From: Octopus bimaculoides
Taxonomy: Eukaryota
DNA length: 64,000 bases
NCBI RefSeq assembly: GCF_001194135.2
Contig: NC_068982.1
Coordinates: 166,335,029 to 166,399,028 of the forward strand
Reading direction: 5' to 3'
Positions within the stretch are counted from its first letter, which is position 1. The number at the start of each line of letters is the position of its first letter. The position numbers and the translations under genes are program-made. A model generated the notes under the pieces. It searched no databases. It was not told where the DNA came from and was given only the letters and a program-made list of their open reading frames with translations. Of this stretch, positions 12,966 through 26,959 are shown one piece after another.

Positions 12966-15926
12966 ATGGTGTCTATATTATATATAGAGAGATAGAAGTG
13001 CTTAAGTTTTGCAGCTAATAGGGAGAGTATGTATGGCGCGAAGCAGCTGGATACACAACACTGTTTTTTGTTGGGGGTTTTTTTCTTTCTATTTAACTAA
13101 TGTTCAGTAAGTAATATATCGAAACGGCCAAAACAACGTATTTGTTAACTAATTCCAAGCTAAGTTCTATGAGGACTTTACATAGAACATAATACGGTCT
13201 TTCTTTCGCATCGCATTCTTTCAATCAATGTGACTTGTTTTCTTTGTGGATTTGTTGCTGAGTCACGAACTGGCAGGCTGAACTAAATTCAACTTGATGA
13301 AGCCAAAAAGAGCGATAACAATATTACCACTAACAACAGCAACATTATCGATAATGATCATTTCATAGCATCAGAAAGCTATGGCCGGCGGTGATTTTTA
13401 ATTTACATATATTTTATATTTTATTTTATTACTTTTCGCAATAATAATGACGATGATGATTTCTACTTTACTGCAAGAACACACATTTCGTGAGGAAAGT
13501 AATGGAATCGCTTTATCGCCCCCATAATAATCGTTTTATCAACCCTAATACTCGTTTTTTCAACCCCGAAAGCATGAAATATGTAGTTGTGATTGTTCTT
13601 TAGATTTAGGTCAGCCTTGACCGAGTAGACTTAGGTTCAAAGGGATTCCATCCACGACCATCCCGTTTTTTTTTTCTCGTGTAGAAGAACCCAGATCAAC
13701 ATGTAATTTTTTTTATAAGGCAGGACAGTGTTATTTAAAGAAAATTGAGTTGCTATTTCTTACAGGTCATGCGGCTATGTAGAGGTTTCCTCATATTCGA
13801 ACCTGATGGTGTTTATCTAGTGTTTACTGATTCCAGTTTCACTGCTTTTGTTACAGTGATAGTAACATCACAAGTTTAGAGACGTTTGTTGATGCTTAGT
13901 GGTTTAAATGGATACCAGACCTAATCTGGTACTTATTTTATCTGCCCCATAAGCAGGAAACAGAAGGGTTGACATCAGTTGGGTTTGAACGCATGACTAC
14001 GTAAAGGTAGGTTATAAACAACCGCAAAGTATTTTGTTCGTCGCCCAACAGATTCTGCCATCCTCCAAGAGGATGATGATGATGATTATGATGATTTCTG
14101 ACAGACACAAGGTCTAAAATTTCAAGGTCGAATTCGGTCATTTAAGTTGATCCCCAGAACTTGATTGGTATTTCATTTCAACTGTCTGGAAGGATGAAAG
14201 GCAAACTGACCAAGGCGAGATTAGAACTCGGAACACGAAACTAAATACTGCACAGCATTTTGCACAAAGCTTTGTTTATTACCACGATGTTTTGAATGTG
14301 TTACACAAGTATTGATCATAGTTGCTAATCTCAGAAACTTTTAAAAGACCACTCCGTTACCCCTACCATCTCTGTTACTTCTAATTTATCTAAGAATGAA
14401 TAAGAAAATAAATGCAATGGCATTTTTTTTTTCTTTAGTACTGAAATTTTATCTGTTTTTTTCTGTTGAACAGCATTTTTGATTCTTTTTTTCTCTTGTT
14501 GATGCGAGTTACTGGTCTTCCTGGTAAGGAGAAGGATTATGATGATGGCTCTATTGTTATTGTTGATAATGATGATGTATATGTTAGTGGTGGTGGTGGT
14601 GGTGGTGGTGGTATCAGTATCTTTGTTGTTAGTGATCTTGTTGCTTCAGACTTTCTGAGGGAGAAAAAAAGAACTTTAAAAAATCTAAATAAATATATAG
14701 ATGAAACAACTTTTGCATAAGTTCGTTAGTCTTCATAAAATGCGTGGAGCATGAACTATGGAACATTATACCTACTTTAACCTTTCTTTGTGTTTGTTGT
14801 TATTGTTGGTGTTGTCAAAAGTTGTCATGAGTCATGTTTCCGTTATTCAGTTTTTTTTTTTGGGGGGGGGGGTTTAGGGCTGGGTTGTTGAAATGAAAGA
14901 AAACAAATAGCTGATATTCTTATTTAGACTTGTGTTCTAAAAATAATAAAATATATATAGAAATTTAGAATTAATAAAAAAAGAATAACAATAATGGTTT
15001 CTGACAAACGCAAAGCTACAAATAGCAATATGGTTGAGGGGAAATACCTTTGAGGAACGTTCTGCATGCTAAATACATATACGTTAGAGTATTTCTGTAA
15101 TATGTAATATGGAGTATTTATGTAATATGCTCTGTGTAATATAATGATTTGAAAAATTTTGATCAACTGATATTAGCCTAACAATTAGAATAAAATTCTT
15201 TCTACTGGTGTTTAAAATATAAAAACAGGCAAGGAAGATAGCTTTAATAAAGTCATTTGGTTGAGATTTTTGGAAACTATAGACAATGCAGATTGGAATG
15301 GATTTGGGTCAATTGACCCCTTGTTTTCGGATTTTAAACATCCATAGAGAGGATTTTGCCTATTAATTGTTTGGGCAATCTAAAGTGACTGGGGCTCTTT
15401 TTTTTTTCACTATTCTTCAAGCTGAGCCAACCAGCAGGAGGTCTAAGGGTAGACCAAGAGTGAGATGGGTGGAAAATATCCGTAATCTCAGGTGGTCAGA
15501 TGGAGTATATTTCTGCCTCCTTTTACTAATTCACAATACTTTTTGTTTCAAGCCTTTCCCCCTTTTCATCTGTTTGTATAACTGTCTGTTACACAAGCTG
15601 CTTCTCTCAGCTATATCTCTTCTTTGTTTCTCTCTTTCTTTCTCTCTCTCTCTCTCACCTACCTATCTATATATTTCATCCATCTCTCTTTATTATACTT
15701 TTTCTCTCTCATCACTCTTAGGCCAGCCAATGTTTTCTCCCTCTAGTGTAACAGCAAAGCGGACACCAATTACTCTCCATTTTAAAAAGAGGATTTCTTT
15801 GATACGTAAAACATAATTAGCTTAACTCTAAACTAGCTCCTCATACATCAGAAAACCTACGTGCTGTTTCTGATATCTCTTTTGCAAACACAGACATGCA
15901 TAAGTTGCAAGTAAATGCTTTATATA

Positions 15927-16127
15927 CGAGGGGTGCTGAAAAGTTCCTGGCTTTAAGGGTGTCGTGAAAGGCCTTGTTGGAGGCCTAACCTTCCAAGTTC
16001 TTTTATAGGGCTTAGGACCGCTGCAATAAGTGTGTGAATCTGAAAGGGGAATATGTTGAATAAAATCATAATTGATCCTCCTCTATTTTCTTCTACCCAA
16101 GGCCAGGAACTTTTCAACAGCCCCTCA
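15927..16127. mobile_element. Mariner-type MITE
   Basis: TIRs CGAGGGGTGCTGAAAAGTTCCTGGC / GCCAGGAACTTTTCAACAGCCCCTCA; TA on the left flank. Confidence 0.85.
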
Positions 16128-16149
16128 TGTGTGTGTGTGTGTGTTTTCA

Positions 16150-17402
16150 CAGGGTTTCGGGCTAAATTTGACAGCTTGCATAAAAAGAAAAGAAAACCAT
16201 GTCCCATCTAAATTAGAAGTATTTTTTTTAAATTCAACTAGATTAAATAACAGTTTACTCAGAGTAGCCGGCCTCAGTTTCCTCAACAATCTCAAGACGG
16301 CCCCGGAGCCTGGTGCATGCGTTCCTCACTGTGTCCCGGGAAAGATCTTCGAACACCTCCTTGATCTTGGCCACCAGCTTGGCCTTGGTGTTGAAGGCAG
16401 AGTGATTGTAGTCTTCTCAACCGCACCCACGCGTAGTAATTCATGGGCTTACAGCCGGGGAAATTAGGAGGGCAGAAATAGGAGCTGGTGAAATCGTAGA
16501 AATTCTCCGACAACCACTTCTGACTCTTTCTGGAGGTAGGGCATGAAGCTGAATCCCGCTGCCACTTATATGGCCACCCAGCTGCAACCCTTTCCAACCA
16601 GAGTTCGACCATAATCTCCAGCTGCTTCATATAGCCGTCTGAACTGAGCCTAAGGCCTTATCCTGCATTTGTTGGATGAATTCAAGCGTGCAGATGCAGT
16701 CAGAACACCTACTGTGTTCCTTCCTGCTGGTCATGGCTTCATAGTTTCCGTTGCAGCTGTCCGTGTCACGTCTTACAGCCTTTACAATGTTCACTGAGCA
16801 TTGAGCAGCAGTTACAATGTCGCCATTTTGATATCCGGCACGAATCGTCATGGCAGCTTCCAGCCGTCCAGGTCAGCCTACATTTTTTCTCAACTGCAAC
16901 TCTAATCTTTATGCTCTCCAACGCCGCTGACTGTTCACCAATACATCAAGCTGTTCTTGAAAAAGGAGTTGTTGGCACTCCGTCGCTTACGACGTCGTGG
17001 GTTCCAGTTGATCCGATCAACGGAACAGCCTGCTCGTGAAATTAACGTGCAAGTGACTGAGCACTCCACAGACACGTGTACCCTTAACGTAGTTCTCGGG
17101 GATATTCAGCGTGACACAGTGTGACAAGGGTGGCCCTTTGAAATACAGGTACAACAGAAACAGGAAGAAAGAGTGAGAGAATGTTGTGGTGAAAGAGTAC
17201 AGCAGGGTTCGCCACCATCCCCTGCCGGAGCCTTGTGGAGCTTTAGGTGTTTTCGCTCAATAAACACTCACAATGCCCGGTCTGGGAATCGAAACCGCGA
17301 TCCTATGACCACGAGTCCGCTGCCCTAATCACTGGGCCATTGCACCTCCACTGAAAAAAAAAGTAAACAAAATATCGCTAGATTTAGCCTGAACAACTTG
17401 TG
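16150..17402 (-). mobile_element. Internally deleted Tc1/mariner (DD37D/maT-like) transposon interrupted by a SINE
   Basis: 16292-16630 encodes WQRDSASCPTS...PPNFPGCKPMNYY, with 37 aa between the catalytic D and the D-to-N position. The N-terminal HTH remnant is at 16627-16851. Degenerate TIRs at about 16150-16175 and 17376-17402. Confidence 0.75.
16968..17351 (-). mobile_element. tRNA-derived SINE family B
   Basis: Head GTGGAGGTGCAATGGCCCAGTG...GGTTTCGATTCC; full-length match to 62033-62396. Confidence 0.9.
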
Positions 17403-17906
17403 TTTGTGTGCGTGCGTGTGCGTGCAAGTTTGAAAAAGCTATTTGAGGCGCATCTCGCCCTCTCTTTCTTTCTCCAAAACCATGTCCATGAAACGCGTCC
17501 ATGAGGGAGAGAGTTAGAGTTAGACAATCCAGCTTGACACGATCTTGCCTGTCGTTAATAAACACAAGAGAAATTCTTTTATGCTGAAAGCTGGGGAGAG
17601 TGAGGGAAAACATAAAAGACTGAGGCATGAAACGAAAGGCCAGACATAGAGTAAAAAAAGATTTCAAAAAAAAGGATGATTTGATGTGGAAATGAGAATA
17701 CCATTAGTTTCAAATCTTTATAATAATTACCAATAATTGGTATTTGAAACTTACCAAACAGCTCTTTTACTACAGCTTTAACTTTTACCATGGTTTATGT
17801 ATGTATGGCTCGGCTTTCTTTCGTTTCTCTCTTACTACTTTCTCTTCGTTTTCTCTCCATTTCTCATCTCATTCAGCTCTCTTCTGATGACTTGCACTTC
17901 TTTCCC

Positions 17907-18187
17907 NNNNNNNNNNNNNNNNNNNNNNNNNNNNNNNNNNNNNNNNNNNNNNNNNNNNNNNNNNNNNNNNNNNNNNNNNNNNNNNNNNNNNNNNNNNNNN
18001 NNNNNNNNNNNNNNNNNNNNNNNNNNNNNNNNNNNNNNNNNNNNNNNNNNNNNNNNNNNNNNNNNNNNNNNNNNNNNNNNNNNNNNNNNNNNNNNNNNNN
18101 NNNNNNNNNNNNNNNNNNNNNNNNNNNNNNNNNNNNNNNNNNNNNNNNNNNNNNNNNNNNNNNNNNNNNNNNNNNNNNNNNNNNNNN
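17907..18187. other. Assembly gap (N run)
   Basis: N run inside CT-rich low-complexity DNA. Confidence 1.
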
Positions 18188-19212
18188 ACCTTTCTTCTTT
18201 CTCTTCACACTCTCTTTCCCCCCGTTCTTTATATTCTCTATTCTTTTTCTCCCTCTTTTCTCTTTTTCTCTAAATTGTCTGTTATCTCTCTCTCCCTCTT
18301 CTTCGGTCTCTTTCTCATGCTCTCTCTATTATCCTCTTTTTCTTTCTCTAATCCTCTCTCTAAGTCTCCCGCACTCCTATCCAGTATATTGTACTCCGCT
18401 CTTTGCTCAGTATCTCCTCCTATCACTCTTTCTCACTCGCCAGTATGATGCATTAACGTACTCCTCTATAATAGTGTCCACCAAAACTTCAGAAGACTCT
18501 CTACCAACGTAATAAGCTGAATCTACGGAGACAAAAAAAAATTCTCTTCTATACCTACATCCATTAAATGTCTATTAAATGTCCTAAATTAAAGTTATGA
18601 ATCCAGAGCTATGCATTTTAAGAGAATGTGATAAATCTTTCTTTTGACTTGTCTATTCCAAATAAGAAACCCAGAAGACCCGGTGTTTATTTTCGATTGT
18701 AAGATGAAATAAGACCTCGTAAAATTAAGTTTCGGAGGTATACTTGCGGAACATACTGAAACTAAAACGACTACAGCGTGCAAGACAAGTATTAGCCATT
18801 CAAAAACAAAGACTTAGAAGTCTTTGTGTTTTTTTTAATAGTTAATGTGTTTTCCATGCTGCAATCGTTTAAAATGAATTGTTCTGCCAAAATACAACAC
18901 CAATCGCAATACAATTAAAAACGAGATGTAGTCGTTTCGCACTTCTACATTTAGAAATCCACTCCAACGATTGACCTTTGTTAAACTGTTTCCTATATGC
19001 CCTTTCCAGCACGATTAAACTGACCTCTAGTAATGTGCATTAGCTCTTTGACTCTGTTGTGCTGTCAGTGGTTCTGGTACCCAGGGACGAATTGAACACT
19101 AATGAGTTTTTATGCATAGCACTTTTTAAAGGCCCTTCAAGTTTTGCATTTAGTTCTTATTTTTAAATAAATCAAATTCCTCTCTCTTCTTCTCTCGCTC
19201 TCTCATATGTCT

Positions 19213-19254
<42 letters not shown>

Positions 19255-19699
19255 TCTCCCTTTCCCTCGCTGAAAGTGAAACATTCAACAAAGTTAAAAT
19301 GCTTAATTTGATGTAAATACCATAAATAATTATGATCAATCAAATTAAATCATAATGAAATGAATCTTTCAGATAAGAATTTTCCTTACTTTACAACTAC
19401 AAAGTTGTGAACAGCGTCACTGAAAAGAAAAATCTGCGAGCCTAATTTGTCCAACCGATGTTCTGTTCATGTTTTTGATGTCTCATCTTTGTAAACGAAC
19501 ATTTCTCAGAAAAATTAATCCAGTAGATCCTGATAGTTGTGGTTGTGTTTAGGGATGCAGATTTTACATCTTTACCCATAATGCATACGTGTAATACTAA
19601 AAAAAAAGAATCACTTCTGATCTAAGAAACCCCTTAAGATTTGACGCTGCACAACTTAAGCGAAGTTGCTAGTTTAGTCATTATAGTAGAACTTTGGCA

Positions 19700-20560
19700 G
19701 TTTGATTACAGCCTTTCTCAATAAACCCTTGAACTATGTTTGGAAGATAAACAAAGAAACCAAATCTTACAGCTACTGTATATAGTAAGGCGCTTTCGTA
19801 GGCAAGCATTCAAAGAATCTGTACACGGAATAAAACTTTCGGTATCACTGCAAAATGGCCGTGGTCTAATAGATCCAAACGATCGTTACGCTTTTGTTTG
19901 CATTCCATTTGTGGTGTGTACTTCATCGTTCGTGACACGTGAAATCACACCTTTTCAAATTTATCCGAAGCATCCCTTTAATGTTTGACAAATTCAGTGA
20001 AAGATTGTAACACATCATAGGCTGCATTTTAATTTAAGCGTTTCTAATTGCAGTGTTACATTGCTTTAGTTGAACCACTCCAACAATATACACCATAACT
20101 CTGCAGAAATCCAGTTTCCAACTTGTACGTTCGATCATACGAACCTTTAGCAGAATAATGGCAGTATTTCAATCTTTGTTCTTAGATATATCAAACAGTA
20201 TATCGATTATTTCTTCGTAGCCCTTTGTGAGTGCTTCTACTGCAGCGGATCCGCAGGACTGAGAATCACTCAAGCTTTTGAGAAAATAAAAAAGACGGTG
20301 CCTGAATTAAATTAAAAGATGCGGCTACTGAGCAGCATAAGATTACTTCTTTGTTAGCCAAATTAAAATAGTGATCAAAACAATGAACATTGCGCAGAGA
20401 TTTAATTATAGGATTCTCTTCGGTATGTATATTAGCTAGACATTCCTGCTTTGTCATGAGACTGTCTACAATATCTAATATATCCGTTCCAGTTTGTTCC
20501 ATACAAGAAATACATGTGTCCAATGGAGTCAAAAAGAGTAAAGAAACGTTCAATTTGTTC
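19700..20560 (-). mobile_element. Degenerate hAT (ZMYM1-like) transposase fossil
   Basis: Frameshifted segments: VHCFDHYFNLA (cf. HCxAHxLNL), AVEALTKGYEEIIDILFDIS and ESFIPCTDSLNACLRKRL. Confidence 0.6.
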
Positions 20561-22581
20561 TATTCCCTACAAAGGCCTCGGTACAACCTTAAATTGATAA
20601 ATATGACTGAATAAACCAAAAATACACTTTTACTCGACTTTTAACATTCCTATAGCAGAAATGTATGAAAGAAATTTGTCTACAATCAAAATTTGTTATT
20701 TCTTCATAAATAATATTGATCAAACATGATTTGAATGAACTGCACAATAAATTAATTAAACAACTTACAGAATAAAGGAATTTGAAGATTGATAGACTCT
20801 AAATTTGAGTCGTTAATTTTGTTCAGAATTGTATGCAATATAAACAAGTGATGTTTATAAAATTATATATCTCATTCGTTAAATATAATAATTTTTTTTT
20901 TTAATGATAGTTGGACGTAAAAGTCTATTTACTGACCTGTGTGAGTCGATCCCTATCTTTCCTAACATCTGCTTTATGGTCCTGTGGGTACCCCTTTAAC
21001 CGCACTTGCTAAACGCTGTCATTCCTATCTAAATTCAGTCGATGCAGCCATCATTGACTCATTTCCTATTTTCATCAAATGCTTCTCTCTTAGCATTGCA
21101 TTTTCTACCGTCCATAAAGTTCTTTCCAGCGTCTAACATACAATAAGAAATGAATATCTATTATTTACTGCAGTGGTTGACAACACTTATCTCAGTTATT
21201 TCGTGTTCCAGATACATACATCATTTCTTTTCCTTTCAAATCATCCAAGAGACATTTTTATATATCAAGCTTTATGACTCTTTTTGCTTAGCATATATTA
21301 GGTTTGTTCTGTGTCTGGGAATGTACCTTATTCATTGTACTTCAGTACATGCGTTTATGAAAAATAAACACCTAATCTTCTGAGAAATATTTACCTGCAA
21401 TAGACTCGTGTATTATAAAACTAATGTTTCGTCTCCGCGGAAACTACTAAATATGTTAGCAAGGAGTAACTGCTCGGCGCACTGTGATTTATATATGAAT
21501 TGGCATAAAATTTAGGGCAGACAGTTAAACATACACTATTAAACACACTCGTATACACAAAATATGATAGGTAAATAGTTGCACACGAGCAAAATGTTCA
21601 CACACTCATTCCTATCAGTGTCTTTAAAAGCAAAAACACTAAGTTCCACAAGAAGCTCGACATTCTACCTTAAGAGTAAGTCTTTGAGTGGTATTCCTAC
21701 TACTAATGATTACGAATCCTGTAATATACCAATGTGTTGCATTTGGACTTCTTAGATTTAGTCAAATCGTTCGGGAGTCAGGAAACGGTAAGATCTTAAT
21801 CACTTCGTGATCTTATATGAAAGCGCAATATAACATGACAAGTCGCAATGAATCTAGTTGATATATGTAAATTAGTGAAATTAAGGAAAACTGCTGTGAT
21901 GAGAGTGAAGCAGCAGAAGTAGGGATCTTACGATTAAAGACCCCATCAAATTAACTTGTTCTCTGAATCAAAAGTGAGGAGCGACTTGTCGCTTAAACCC
22001 TGATAGCCATGATCATGTTGACTTATGATCAAAACTATTCCAGCCATGACCATCCTGGCTTTTTAACGATATCTAAGTGTCCTTTCTCAAATTTAAGATG
22101 GAGGGATGTGATAGAAAATTTGGCTGCTATTTCTAGTATATCATGCGTCTTCAAGAGACTCCTTTTTGGGTGTCTTGTTTATTTGACGGTGTCCACTTTT
22201 ATGAAACGTTATTTTGAAATTACCAAGAGGTGGAGAAGAGGGAGAAAATGTCATATAAACCAGATTACTATTTTCCGTCTTATTTTCATTCTATTTAATT
22301 ACAGCTATGTTTTTTGTCTTTTCGTACTGTTCCTCACTATTGCACACTATCTTTCCTTTTATTAATTGTCTACTAGTTCATTCACTTTGAATTGTTTCTA
22401 CATAAAAATGTGCCTCTTTATCTTCTATTTAATCTCTAGAAATTGATTGCATTCTTCTTATCAGAACAATTCGAAACGCTATTCTTGAAGCAATATTCAG
22501 TTCGAAATGTTATATGTTATCTGGGATCTCAGTTTCGGTTTAACAAAATATCAATTAATTAAGCGAGTATTCGTAAGGCTA

Positions 22582-22585
<4 letters not shown>

Positions 22586-22640
<55 letters not shown>

Positions 22641-22650
22641 GAGAGAGAGA
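22586..22650. repeat. (GT)n(GA)n microsatellite
   Basis: Seen directly. Confidence 0.95.
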
Positions 22651-23779
22651 TTGTTTCTTTTATTAAAATTACATGCAGGATGGTAGTTCTAACGATACAC
22701 AAAACAGCTGAACAATAGAAAAAGTTAAAGAATACTAAATACAAACCAGATGCACAGAAAAAAATAAATATTCAATCTCCCATCTAATTGGTATCAAATG
22801 GGAAGCAAGAACTTTCTGGAAACCTTTCCCAATTGATCTGGTTCTCAACCATGATTGCATCTCGCGTTGTTTTATAAAGGTTTTCAACCTTGATTAACTT
22901 TAATGTCAGCTTTATAAATTGAATACCAGCATTTTTTAAGAGAAAGATTCTGTTACATGGAAAGACCAGCTATCCAAATGAATGGACTATTATTTATTTA
23001 TTTTTTTTAATAAGGATTGGCATAATTAGTTTTCTTTGATTGGGCAGAAAGACATTTTTGAGAAAAATATTAATATAAATTTTACAGCAAAATAGGAAAG
23101 CATAATATTCATTCCTTTCTCTGAGATATCGAATGACCAAACTATAAATAAATTGCTATTCCTTTCGCTGATTTAAATAAATAACCTTATTTGAAACCCG
23201 TAAGGAAATTATTGACTTTAGATTACTAGATTTTTGTTAGGGTTTCATATTTTCTACCTGGGTTTTGATTTCCAATCCCACACAGTCAGCTTTGACGTTT
23301 CACCCTTCTGTAGTCGATAAATTAAATCGTGTCTCAAAGTCGGAGATCGATCCAATAATATTCTACACCGTCCTCTAAAATTTGTAGTCTTGTGCCAATG
23401 TTAGAAACTTTTTACTAACAAATGGTTCGTTTGCACGATGCTACAAGTGACACAAACATTATGCACGGTGCTGGATAAATTTCAGTATGTTTTCGTTGTT
23501 AACGTTTCTGCAATCAAGCCTCGCTGGAAATTGTTTAGCATTTATTTCGTCCCACTTCTTTGAGAAGTGTCAATTACTTATTGGTGGCAATACAGCACGA
23601 TATATCCCTTCGCTTTACGAATGATTTGTTGCAAACTAACAAAATAGGTCTTCACGAGGAAGAATTAAATTCAAAGTGTTCCCCTTCATTCATTTAATGA
23701 TGAACATGTATATGGAAGGATCACTCATTCCTCTGGATTCAATACCAGTCAATCGTAGATCGAATTAATATGTTGTGTG

Positions 23780-24235
23780 GGGGGGAGGGCACGTAGCATT
23801 GTGATTAAAGTGTTGGGCTCACGATCGTAAAATAGCGGGTTCGATTCTTTGACCACGTGTCGTGTTGTGTCCTTGAGCAAGGCACTTCATTTCACGATAC
23901 TCCAAACATTCAACTGAAAATGAGTACCAGCCGAATATTGGTGCTGTTCTCTCTTTCACCAGCAGTCACATCATCGATGTTCCGCTGAATCATGGGAATG
24001 AGGGACAAGAGCGTGTCAATGTCCACTCGCGATTCCACACGTATCTAAAACAACTATTAAAAGTGTGCTATCAGTTCATATTCGTTTGCGAGTTGACAGC
24101 TAAGCGTGTGTGTTTGTGTGTGTGACCTGGTGGTTAGGGTGTTGCTCTCACAATCGCTAGATCGTGGGTTCGATTCCCGGACAGAGCGGCGCGTTGTGAT
24201 CTTGAGCAAAACACTTCATTTCACGTTGCTCTAAA
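23780..24235 (+). mobile_element. Two truncated tRNA-SINE heads (about 23780-23900 and 24125-24235)
   Basis: GGGTTCGATTC B-boxes followed by GTTGTG(T/A)TCCTTGAGCAA..CACTTCATTTCACG. Confidence 0.65.
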
Positions 24236-24344
24236 TACCCACGTGCTGTTGTGATCCCTCATTTTCGGCGAGTAGTAAATCCTACTATACTTACGAATTA
24301 TTAATCTAGTTGATATCAAAATGTAATATTTAAATATCAAATTT

Positions 24345-24540
24345 CAAGGCGGGTAGCTGGCAAAATGCTTACGGCATTTCGTCCGTCTTTACGTTCTGAG
24401 TTCAAATTCCGTCGAGGTCAGCTTTGCCTTTCGTCCTTAGGGAGTCGATAAAGTAAATATCAATTGAGTACTGGAATCAATGTAATCGACTTACTTCCTG
24501 CCCCACATTTGCTGGCCTTGAGCTAAACTTTGAAACCAAT
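24345..24540 (+). mobile_element. SINE family C
   Basis: Head, core and TGCTGGCCTTG...TTTGAAACC tail. Confidence 0.8.
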
Positions 24541-24617
24541 ATTTAAGTATTAAATCAAAGTGCCGTCTTCAGTTGTTTTATCAGACGTTTTAAAAGAGTG
24601 CTTCATGTTCTAGTTAA

Positions 24618-25073
24618 NNNNNNNNNNNNNNNNNNNNNNNNNNNNNNNNNNNNNNNNNNNNNNNNNNNNNNNNNNNNNNNNNNNNNNNNNNNNNNNNNNN
24701 NNNNNNNNNNNNNNNNNNNNNNNNNNNNNNNNNNNNNNNNNNNNNNNNNNNNNNNNNNNNNNNNNNNNNNNNNNNNNNNNNNNNNNNNNNNNNNNNNNNN
24801 NNNNNNNNNNNNNNNNNNNNNNNNNNNNNNNNNNNNNNNNNNNNNNNNNNNNNNNNNNNNNNNNNNNNNNNNNNNNNNNNNNNNNNNNNNNNNNNNNNNN
24901 NNNNNNNNNNNNNNNNNNNNNNNNNNNNNNNNNNNNNNNNNNNNNNNNNNNNNNNNNNNNNNNNNNNNNNNNNNNNNNNNNNNNNNNNNNNNNNNNNNNN
25001 NNNNNNNNNNNNNNNNNNNNNNNNNNNNNNNNNNNNNNNNNNNNNNNNNNNNNNNNNNNNNNNNNNNNNNNNN
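24618..25073. other. Assembly gap (N run)
   Basis: 456 N; could hide upstream exons of the MIEAP-like gene. Confidence 1.
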
Positions 25074-25889
25074 GTGTGTGTTATCTTCATTCCCTGTGAT
25101 TAGTTTCAGTTTCAACAACTGCATATTTTATTACATTGACTATACCCAATTATCCTTATACCTTCCAAATTACCTCTGTAACCAGCCCTAAAACTATTCT
25201 GTTCTAGCTCTTCGGACGATTGCGCGTCACATACACTCTCTCTCTCTCTCTCTCTCTATCTCTATCTCTCTATCTATCTATCTATCTATCTATCTCACAC
25301 ACACACACACACACAGGTACATCTGTTCTAATTGATAGAAAACTTGGTCAGGGTTTAATGATTGGCGTGTTTTGGTGTGGGAATTTCCTTCTGCTGGACA
25401 TCTGCCATCCCCAATATCTCATTAGTTTCCTCATTTTGTTCCACTATACCAAGTTGATCGTAAACCATTTTACTAGAATTATTCAAAGATCAAACAACAG
25501 ACGATCGAATCAATCTATTCGAAAATATACACCAAAACTGTTTATCATCTGCTTGTGTATATCCATCTTTATTCGCACTCTCGCATATACACATCTCCTG
25601 TTTCCTGTCATCATCACATACAGTTACACACATGGAGAGAAGGACGTGCATTAATTTGATGAAAGTACCAGATGACTAACCCTACCGTGATCAAATATAT
25701 CCGTTCTTAGCTGATCTTCCCTACTGACGTTATTTTAGAAAAAAAAGTTTAGTTGCAGCATTTCAAATGCACTTACACATGAGTAAATTCAGTACAACTG
25801 AGAATTGAAAACTGTTAGACAGGAGTTTAGCATGTAGGCTACGATGTCCGTTGTGCATTGATCTATGTATCTGTCTGTTAGTCTCTCTT

Positions 25890-26096
25890 CACTCTTTTAC
25901 TTGTTTCAGTCATTTGACTGTGGCCATGCTGGAGCACCGCCTTTAGTCGAGCAAATCAACCCCAGGACTTATTCGTTGTAAGCCTAGTACTTATTCTATC
26001 GGTCTCTTTTGCCGAACAGCTAAGTTACGGGGAGGTAAACACACCAGCATCGGTTGTCAAGCGATGTTGGGGGGACACACACAGAGACACACACAC

Positions 26097-26151
<55 letters not shown>

Positions 26152-26313
26152 GACAGGCTTCTTTCAGTTTCCGTCTTCCATATCCACTCACAAGGCTTTG
26201 GTCGGCCCGATGTTATAGTAGAAGACACTTGCCCAAGGTGCCACGCAGTGAGACTGAACCCGGAACCATGTGGTTGGTAAGCAAGCTACTTACCACACAG
26301 CCACTCCTACACC
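25890..26313 (-). mobile_element. tRNA-derived SINE family A
   Basis: Reverse complement of 705-1111 with an internal (TA)n. Confidence 0.9.
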
Positions 26314-26616
26314 TATACAGCCACTCCTTGGGTCAATCCAAAACTTTTGGCATGAAACTAGATAGAGAGGAAATCAGTCAGATAGACTCTCCTTGTAATT
26401 CAAGAAGTCAGCTTTGTCATATTCTGGTTCACACTGGTTCTGCCGAAAATTGTGATAAAGATATGCATGTTGGTGGAATAATCAGCAACTTACACACTAA
26501 TACAGCTGGAATAGTCATAGTCGAAGTTATTATGCTTATATAAAAATTATATTTAGGACCTTGGAAGCAATTATGAACCTTAAATAACAACAACAATCTT
26601 CTTTTCAATCTTTCAG

Positions 26617-26959
26617 CTGGTTGGCAAGCGCCGAGAAAGCGATTATCTCGAAGATACCGGCAAAGAAGCACCCTGGACGACCTTGAAGAACTCATAGCAC
26701 CTACCACCAGTTGCAGTAGCTACTGCACTGGTGGCGATGGAGTTAGCGAAATCCCAGAGGAGGAAGAAGTATTAGTGGATAATACTTTTCATTCAGAAGA
26801 TGAAGACGACGAGAATGACAACCAATCAAGAATGATGGGGATCGAGTCTAGAGACCGGCAGTTTCTACAACGGGAGCTGCACAACATGAGAATGGAGTTG
26901 GAACAAGCCAGAGAAACAATCTGCAAGCTACAAGACAGGGAAAAGCAACTACGTGACAG
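26617..26959 (+). CDS. MIEAP/SPATA18-domain protein, first recognisable coding exon (basic patch, acidic tract, coiled coil)
   Basis: tttcag| acceptor. Open frame from 26619: GWQAPRKRLSRR...ELHNMRMELEQARETICKLQDREKQLRD. AG|gtatcg donor (phase 2) joins the next exon. Confidence 0.85.

Noticed and set aside
17478-17500. GAAACGCGTC resembling a hammerhead stem III
   Set aside because: No upstream CUGANGA core or stem II
20940-21150. Possible transposase C-terminal remnant on the - strand
   Set aside because: Too degenerate to assign by eye
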